From: Lama guanicoe | Lineage: Eukaryota | Assembly (NCBI GenBank): GCA_013239625.1 | Contig: MU053823.1 | Span: 23,698-87,697, forward strand | DNA length: 64,000 bases | Reading direction: 5' to 3' | Shown: one piece after another, positions 59,301-64,000 of the stretch | Position numbering within the stretch: position 1 is the stretch's first letter | Layout: the number at the start of each line of letters is the position of its first letter | The notes under the pieces: generated by a model | Told to the model about the DNA's origin: nothing | Databases searched by the model: none | What the model saw: the letters and a program-made list of their open reading frames with translations, nothing else | Program-made: the position numbers and the translations under genes

Positions 59301-62300
59301 CTTTTCCCAAGGACAACCATGTGCCAGCCATGCCCTTGTGAGCTGATGTTTGAATGCTTTTCCTTCAGGGAAAGATGACCCAGACTCATTAGCCTATTCT
59401 TTTTGTTTACTCTTTGACAGCCTGAAGGGGTTGAAAAGGAAGTGACTCAAAGTTTCCTTATCTGCACTGAAGGTAAGAGGATGTTTTAAGTGGTCCAGTT
59501 AGTCCTAAAGAAAATTTATGCACAGGTTAGTTTATTTCCTTTCCTTCCACTTTAGTCCACTTGCCATACTGAGGACCTCAGTGATTTCATTCCAGATATT
59601 TAGTAGAGAAATTATTTGACTTCAGACCCTATCTTCATTGTATAATTTCAGCCAAAAAAAAAGGATATTTACAAGATTTTTTTGTTTAGTTCACCCATGA
59701 CTTTGATCTGCCTCAGCCTGTTTCTCCCATCTTATATATTTTTGACTCCTCTTATCATGTGAATGTGGCACAATTTTGAACAATAGAAAGTCAAGATTAT
59801 GCTCAAATAGCATGTAATATAACCTGTGCTTCTGTACTCTTTTGGTGAAACAACCATGGGTTAATTACTGCCCTTGAAATAGCCTGTTTTATGGGCCATC
59901 ACAAGTATTGCTTTATCTAGTTGATGATGCTTTGATTTTTTTTGTATTGAATTATAGTCAGTTTACAATGCTGTGTCAATTTCTGGTGTACAGCATAATA
60001 GTTCAGTCATACATATACATACATACATTCATTTTCATATTCTACATAGATTTTCACATTACTACAAGATACTGAATTTAGCTCCCTGTGCCATATAGTA
60101 TAAATTTATTGTTTATCTATTTTATATGCAGTAGTTAGTATCTGCAAATCTCAAACTTCCAATTTATCCCTCCCCACCCTCTTCTCCCCGACATGGAAAC
60201 CATAAGTTTGTTTTCTATGTCTGTAAGTCTGTTTCTGTTTTGTCTCTTTTTTTAGATTCCACATATAAGTGATTTCATATGGTATTTTTCTCTTTCGGGC
60301 TTATTTCACTTAGAATGATAATCTTTAGGTTCAACCATGTTGCTGCAAATGGTGTTAGTTTATTCTTTCTCAGGGCTGAGTAGTATTCCATTGTATATAT
60401 GTACCACATCTTCTTTATCCTGTCAGATGATGCTTCAATTTTAATGCCTAATAGGATTCTCCAAGCTTTATCTTTTGTATGTCAGAATCAGTAGTTTTTT
60501 ACATTTTTTTCATACATAGTTTAGGCACTAAACTAATGAAGAGGAGAGGTCATTCTGTAATACACAGATTTATATACCATTTTCTGAATGTATTGTTATT
60601 CCAAACTCAACCAAAATCTCAAGTTTACCCCTTGTAAAATAAAAATAAATATTGGAATATATTTCCTAGTATGTTTGTCCCACAAATCTGCTGCTGTAGT
60701 TTACAAAAGGAAGCCATAACATTATTGATATTTTCTTTTTAGGCACCAAAGCCTCTAGGCAAGTAGATTTGGATTTGCCAAACAATGTCGTGGAAGGATC
60801 AGCCAGGGCCTTTTTCACCGTTGTGGGTAAGTTGGTTTAATTTTTCATTTCACAATGATTTGAGTATTGTGATGGAGGTGGTCACAAATAAACAAAAAAT
60901 CCTTCAAACAAAAGTATAAGAAGATTTTCTTATGCTATCAGTGGGAGGGAATTATTGGTGAGGATGATTTCTTCAGCTTGGTGCTGCAGAACCGTTGTCA
61001 AATCCGTGTCCCTAGGAAACACTTGTTCTACTGAACGACAGCTGGCATTTAGAAAACAAAGGTTCTGCTATAGCCCGTTCATCTGAAATATTAAATTTCC
61101 CTTTGGAGAATCAGAATACACTTTGCTGTTAAAGATGCTGCGAATTTCCTCAGTAAGAGCAGAAGCCTGTTTTGCAAATGTCAGGCTTCTTTGTTATTAA
61201 CACTTTGTGAGATGGAATGGATTACAGTTTATAGTCTATAGGGTCATTTTCTCAAAAAACAAGCAAGCAGGCAAGCGAGCAAACAAACACACTTTCTTAA
61301 CACTCCCTCCCTTGGGGAATAGAAGATTTTAGAAATGTTTTTCATACCACAAACCTTGAACTTCACTCTTCCTTCCTATCTCCTCTTTAGAATTACGTCA
61401 TGAAAACTTTCCTTGTGTCTACTTTTTAGGCTCAGTTTTCAATGTTTCTTCCTTCCTCTGTGCCTCTTTTTATCTACCATTATCAGTGCTGAGATGCCAC
61501 GTGTAAGCAGTAGTAACTTGCTGCTTTTTGTATTTTTAGGGGATATTCTAGGACTTGCAGTGCAGAACCTGGAGAATCTTCTCCAAATGCCCTCTGGAGG
61601 CGGAGAGCAGAACATTGCCATGCTGGCATCTGACACCTACATCCTTGACTATCTGCAATCTACTGAACAATTGACAGAGGAAGTTAAATCCAAAGCTGTC
61701 TCTTTCTTATCTAATGGTGAGAAGATTTAAGTAATTTCTGCCCATAATAGCTGAAATAAATTGTTACTAATATCAAGATGTCATAAAGCTGTTATTATTA
61801 TTTCATGGTGAAAACCTATGTGAACTGAGGTATTCTGAGTCCTGGCTATGTTGTGGGGTTTGGGGGGTTTGGGTGTTTTTGGCATTCAGTATCTGCGTGG
61901 TTATTTAGCTTCACAATTTAGACCTTTCATGTTTCAAATTATGAGCTCAGTTTTTTTTTTTTACTGCCTCATATTTTGCTGACCTACCTTATTTGTTGTT
62001 GTTGTTACTAATATTAGCTATAAATGGTTCATTTATCAACTCTGTATTTGTTTGCTCAGTTGTGTTGCATTGCAATGAAGTGACTGGATCTGTATTTAGA
62101 AAAAGAGTGCATAAACCTTGTAAATGAGATGTATCAGGAAAAGTTCAGTAGTATAATATCTTTTTTTTTTCAGAAAGATAGGGTAAAATAACCTTAAGGA
62201 AAAGATTAAGCAGTTAGTAATAGTAGACGATTATTGCGCTAGACACAGTCACATGTAATACCTTATTTGTCACTCACACCCTATGAGGTAGAAGTTATTT

Positions 62301-63342
62301 TTTCTCCCAATGGATGGAGAACCTGAGTTTCAGAAATTAAAACTGAAATGATTGTCTTAGTAAATTCTGTTTGTCTAACACCAACACACAGGGCTTGCAC
62401 GACACCACTCTTTCTCTCCTCATTTTCTTAGATTAAAAAATAATTTCCTGCAACGTTGTATTTTAGGTTATCAAAGGCAACTGTCTTTCAAAAACCCTGA
62501 TGGTTCTTATAATGTGTTTTGGCGGAGGAATCAGGAAGGAAGCCTATGGTGAGAGACGGAAATTTTATTTTAATACAGGATAATAATAATACAGGAGTGA
62601 TCTCCGGAGGCCTTGTGAAGTGTGAGGGGCCTTGAGGTTGGTGGGGATTTGAAAGGGACGTGGGTTTCAAAGTGAATTTATAGAAGTGAGCCAGAGAAAA
62701 CTAAAATATTTGATTATTCCCATTTTGACGCGACAATGTACCTACAGTCTCACAGCTGTTCGCTGTAGAGTCTGGTCATTTAATAACTGACCCCACCCAC
62801 ACTCTCACAGCTACTGGAAAATGGTACATCTTAAAACACACCTCTCAGTCTCATGTAGATGCAGGAGAGTAAACCCAGAAGGCCTCAAAGCATCTAATTA
62901 CACCGACTCTTTATTTATGCATGGATCATCCAATGGACTCTAGAGCAAGAAATCTGTATGTAAACATGCTGGAAATCACATGCTCTTATTTTCACGTATT
63001 GCTGTTCATCACGTTTTACTGAACCGAAGGAAAGAGCCCACTATTGATAAAGATTGGTTACCGCCAGTATCAGTAGCTGCATCCACGTCCATCACCCAGA
63101 GGCAGCCAGGGTGCTGGACCTGCTGGGTTGCTGACATCATTTCTTTCTTATCCAACTTCCCTCCAATGGGGGATTTGCATTACAGGCTCAGTGCCCTGAC
63201 CTTTAAGACATTAAAGGGGATGGAGAAATACATTTTCGTTGATGAACAAGTTCAAAAAGAGACCCTGATCTGGCTTTCAAGCAAACAGAAAATAGACGGC
63301 TGCTTTCAGAGCGATGGCAGGCTTTTCCACAACGCCTGGGAG
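32281..63342 (+). CDS. OVOS2: Ovostatin homologue (alpha-2-macroglobulin family), exons 1-26; 3' part lies beyond the window
   Basis: 26 GT-AG exons with the A2M exon-size and phase pattern (184, 53, 21, 169, 85, 110, 228, 150, 229, 52, 84, 177, 157 nt) splice to 3264 nt, 1088 codons, with no stop. Motifs: signal peptide, FVQTDKPIYK, VLPKFEV, YTFGQPV, CALRAVDKSVLLL, RTNFPETWIWDLV, PDTITQW, PEGVEKE, LLQMPSGGGEQN, GYQRQLSF. Closest recalled match is the human ovostatin homologue rather than A2M or PZP. Confidence 0.9.
32682..32865 (+). CDS. OVOS2: Ovostatin exon 2
   Basis: QYILWVSSVMQSHSPEQACLHLLNLNESV...YTCANFE |gtgagg; 184 nt. Confidence 0.93.
33360..33516 (+). CDS. OVOS2: Ovostatin exon 3
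   Basis: VSQKSSEQLAFVTLLAKG...FVQTDKPIYKAGED |gtgagt. Confidence 0.93.
34786..34838 (+). CDS. OVOS2: Ovostatin exon 4
   Basis: VKVRIVTLNTNFIPTEDL |gtgagt; 53 nt. Confidence 0.92.
35285..35305 (+). CDS. OVOS2: Ovostatin exon 5 (21-nt microexon)
   Basis: Polypyrimidine-cag| YPLITLQ |gtaaga; same size as A2M exon 5. Confidence 0.9.
35588..35730 (+). mobile_element. Vic-1-type SINE with TSD
   Basis: tRNA-like A/B boxes; TSD AAAATTGCTTGATTT at 35571 and 35731. Confidence 0.92.
37175..37340 (+). mobile_element. Vic-1-type SINE
   Basis: GGGGAGGGTATAGCTCAGTGGTAGAG...GGGTTCAATCCCCAGTACCTCCA plus A-rich tail; TSD AAAAGG(A/C)AAAGCTA. Confidence 0.92.
37404..37572 (+). CDS. OVOS2: Ovostatin exon 6
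   Basis: DPQNNRIFQWHNVTS...LSFQLISEPMFGDY...HQFTVNRH |gtaacc; 169 nt. Confidence 0.93.
38098..38182 (+). CDS. OVOS2: Ovostatin exon 7
   Basis: VLPKFEVKVSAPKTVTISDDEFQVAACA(K) |gtaagt; 85 nt. Confidence 0.93.
41045..41245 (-). mobile_element. LINE-1 3' UTR fragment
   Basis: Poly-T, then TTTATTGAGG...TTACAATGTTGTGTCAATGTCTGGTGTACAGCA. Confidence 0.82.
41335..41508 (+). mobile_element. LINE-1 3' UTR fragment
   Basis: CCTACTGTGTAGCACAGGGAACTATATT...CTGAATCACTTTGCTGTACACCTGAAACTAACATTGTAAATC plus poly-A. Confidence 0.85.
41818..41935 (+). CDS. OVOS2: Ovostatin exon 8
   Basis: YTFGQPVQGRGQIRVCREFPSSGNCEKDSNEICEQFVAQ |gtacgg. Confidence 0.93.
42650..44420 (-). mobile_element. Ancient L1 (L1ME-like) remnants with an embedded MIR; boundaries approximate
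   Basis: T-rich degenerate L1 antisense motifs; MIR core near 43960-44110. Confidence 0.4.
44433..45088 (+). mobile_element. ERV1 solo LTR in ovostatin intron 8, sense orientation
   Basis: TGTT...AACA termini, 4-bp TSD TCCT (44429-44432 and 45089-45092), AATAAA at 44989, U5 GAATTCTTTCTG. Confidence 0.88.
45290..45401 (+). CDS. OVOS2: Ovostatin exon 9
   Basis: LRNGCISQMVNTKVFQLYRSGLFMLFQITVTVTESGT |gtaatg. Confidence 0.93.
45770..45955. mobile_element. MER58-like hAT-Charlie MITE remnant
   Basis: CAAATCCAGC...AATAAAGTGTTATTGGAACACAGC...CTTTACAGAAGTTTGCCAA. Confidence 0.65.
46723..46832 (+). CDS. OVOS2: Ovostatin exon 10
   Basis: GVQISEKSSVSITQVLGSVSFENMVPFYRRGISYFGT |gtgggt; 110 nt. Confidence 0.9.
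47171..47329 (+). CDS. OVOS2: Ovostatin exon 11
   Basis: LKFSGPNNVPMVNK...YTTDENGEAQFSIDTSEMFDPEFSLK |gtaaga. Confidence 0.93.
47995..48222 (+). CDS. OVOS2: Ovostatin exon 12
   Basis: ATYIRPKSCYLPSW...FYSRTNSFL...LRCDQQE...INFFYL |gtaagt; 228 nt. Confidence 0.93.
49271..49325 (+). CDS. OVOS2: Ovostatin exon 13
   Basis: IMVKGAIFLSGQKEIRNK |gtgtgt. Confidence 0.87.
49495..49720 (-). mobile_element. LINE-1 3' UTR fragment
   Basis: TTGAAGTGTAGTTGATTCACAGTGTTAGTTTCAGATGTACAGC...TTGAATATAGTTCCCTCTGCTATACA. Confidence 0.82.
50004..50149 (+). CDS. OVOS2: Ovostatin exon 14
   Basis: AWKGNFSFPIDVSADLAPVAFMLVYTLHPDGEIVADSVRFQVEKCFKNK |gtaatg. Confidence 0.93.
50522..50671 (+). CDS. OVOS2: Ovostatin exon 15
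   Basis: VSMKFSKEQGLPGS...SFCALRAVDKSVLLLKSELQLSAET |gtaagc; 150 nt. Confidence 0.93.
51362..51532 (+). CDS. OVOS2: Ovostatin exon 16
   Basis: VYNLLPNTELYGY...DPCIPQK...GDGDAYNVVR |gtaaga. Confidence 0.93.
52355..52499 (+). CDS. OVOS2: Ovostatin exon 17 (first part of bait region); 3' boundary uncertain
   Basis: DMGLKVFTNLHHRKPEVCLTERGEPFLRPLYLNLGGYEPMYSAPSRIA. The in-frame donor is GTGGGT at 52500; an alternative GTAATC at 52504 is out of frame. Confidence 0.78.
53440..54900 (+). mobile_element. LINE-2 remnant in ovostatin intron 17 (orientation not firmly assigned)
   Basis: ATTCACTCAACAAACATT start, then purine-rich L2-like motifs (GCATTCCAGGCAGA, CTGGAGCTCAGAAGAGAGGTC). Confidence 0.62.
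55013..55118 (+). CDS. OVOS2: Ovostatin exon 18 (end of bait region)
   Basis: tag| (S)GEVIKENSGYVEQAMIETVRTNFPETWIWDLVSV(D) |gtaagc. Confidence 0.87.
55322..55690. mobile_element. Composite insertion: Vic-1 SINE (+), L1 3' UTR (+) and a short L1 3' end (-)
   Basis: SINE about 55325-55430, L1 UTR about 55445-55603, reverse L1 tail about 55625-55689; three copies of a 16-bp target sequence. Confidence 0.85.
55879..56107 (+). CDS. OVOS2: Ovostatin exon 19
   Basis: SSGSANLSFVIPDTITQWEASGFCVNGEAGFGI...QPFFVEMTLPFSVVRNE...VFNYLNTCVE |gtaagt; 229 nt. Confidence 0.94.
56460..56589 (+). CDS. OVOS2: Ovostatin exon 20
   Basis: IFVQLEMSQDFEADLSTPKDNGSEIIQAGEKKTYIWTLTPAEL |gtaagc. Confidence 0.92.
56864..57289 (+). 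mobile_element. Vic-1 SINE interrupted by an antisense L1 3' UTR fragment
   Basis: SINE head 56864-56955, reverse L1 about 56965-57195, SINE tail TAATTACCTCCCCCC plus (AAAAAC)n; TSD ATATA(G/A)ATGCTAATTT. Confidence 0.88.
58582..58700 (+). CDS. OVOS2: Ovostatin exon 21
   Basis: GTVNITVVAESRQSSACPKDTTEQQILNWKDTVVRSLLVE |gtatgt. Confidence 0.93.
59421..59472 (+). CDS. OVOS2: Ovostatin exon 22
   Basis: PEGVEKEVTQSFLICTE |gtaaga; 52 nt. Confidence 0.93.
59936..60425 (-). mobile_element. LINE-1 3' end
   Basis: Reverse L1 3' UTR and ORF2 tail; TSD core GATGATGCTT at 59923 and 60426. Confidence 0.88.
60743..60826 (+). CDS. OVOS2: Ovostatin exon 23
   Basis: GTKASRQVDLDLPNNVVEGSARAFFTVV |gtaagt; 84 nt. 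Confidence 0.93.
61540..61716 (+). CDS. OVOS2: Ovostatin exon 24 (thioester-site exon, motif degenerate)
   Basis: GDILGLAVQNLENLLQMPSGGGEQNIAMLASDTYILDYLQSTEQLTEEVKSKAVSFLSN |gtgaga; 177 nt. Confidence 0.94.
62467..62548 (+). CDS. OVOS2: Ovostatin exon 25
   Basis: GYQRQLSFKNPDGSYNVFWRRNQEGSL(W) |gtgaga. Confidence 0.93.
63186..63342 (+). CDS. OVOS2: Ovostatin exon 26
   Basis: LSALTFKTLKGMEKYIFVDEQVQKETLIWLSSKQKIDGCFQSDGRLFHNAWE |gtgaga; 157 nt. Confidence 0.93.
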
Positions 63343-64000
63343 GTGAGAGATGAACACAGGTCTGCTGTCCTTGCTCCTTTGCACCGCCTGCTTTCCCTGC
63401 CTCTGGCCTGCACAACTGGGAACCTGAGTATCTTTCTGGTGAATGTCACCCTTTCGGAGTCTGCTGTTGTCATAGGCTTGGGACGCGCAGGACAGCGGCA
63501 TCATTCTTGCTGCGTGCATGTTACCCTCAGCCGAGGTACAGCTCTCCTGGAATCTACTGTTCGCCTCACTGTGTTTAGTCTTTTCAGAGAACCAGTCTCC
63601 TGCAGTAGATAAGCTGGAAATGGGAGAAGGGCAGAGACAAAGAACCTACAGAGAAAACATTCATAAATTTGGAGCCAAACAATATGTCAGGGGAGGGGCT
63701 TGAGTAGGATATTTATTCCTATTTAAGACAGCAAGAAAGCTCAGGGAGGGTGGCTGGTCATTTCTATAATTTCAGTAAAGCATTCATCCAATACCTCCTC
63801 AAGGTCTCGCTTGCCCCAGGTCAAAAGGCAAATGAAACAAAGCAGGTCCTTGATAGCATCCACTCTTCCCTCTTCCTGTCCATGTTTGGGTAAATCACTT
63901 GCCATCCTCCCTTGCTTCTGATTTCCTTGCTCTGCAGACAGCTGTCTACCTCCATCCCGTTTTCTGTGTCCTTTTTTCCCCCAACCTTTGTATTCCTCCA

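Noticed and set aside
32281..63342. Calling the gene A2M, PZP or A2ML1
   Set aside because: It has no thioester Cys and no MG7 CIC motif, and its peptides match my recollection of the ovostatin homologue far better.
1..64000. CRISPR arrays, operons or other prokaryotic-type systems
   Set aside because: The sequence is mammalian with spliced genes, and no regularly spaced repeat-spacer structure was seen.

Overview
Mammalian genomic DNA, most likely a camelid, judging by repeated Vic-1-type tRNA(Ala)-derived SINEs. It comes from the edge of the natural killer complex / alpha-2-macroglobulin cluster. Two spliced genes lie on the + strand. The first is a complete 6-exon KLRB1 (CD161/NKR-P1A), CDS 8848-21867, 218 aa. 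The second is exons 1-26 of an ovostatin homologue (OVOS2-like, A2M family), 32281-63342, giving 1088 uninterrupted codons; it continues past the window end. The rest is L1, L2, MIR, SINE and ERV/LTR debris, plus a 763-N gap flanked by a probable false (two-haplotype) duplication. I found no wholly new biological system. The strongest leads are: (1) an intact ovostatin whose thioester is dead (GGGEQ) but which keeps the A2M dimer cysteines and has a rewired MG7 cysteine set; (2) a KLRB1 that has lost the stalk cysteine, gained a C-terminal Cys-Cys through a frameshift and carries a canonical ITIM; (3) a frame-ambiguous splice junction inside the ovostatin bait region; (4) LTRs placed where they could act as regulatory elements. 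Comparisons with human proteins and repeat family names are from memory, not from searches.
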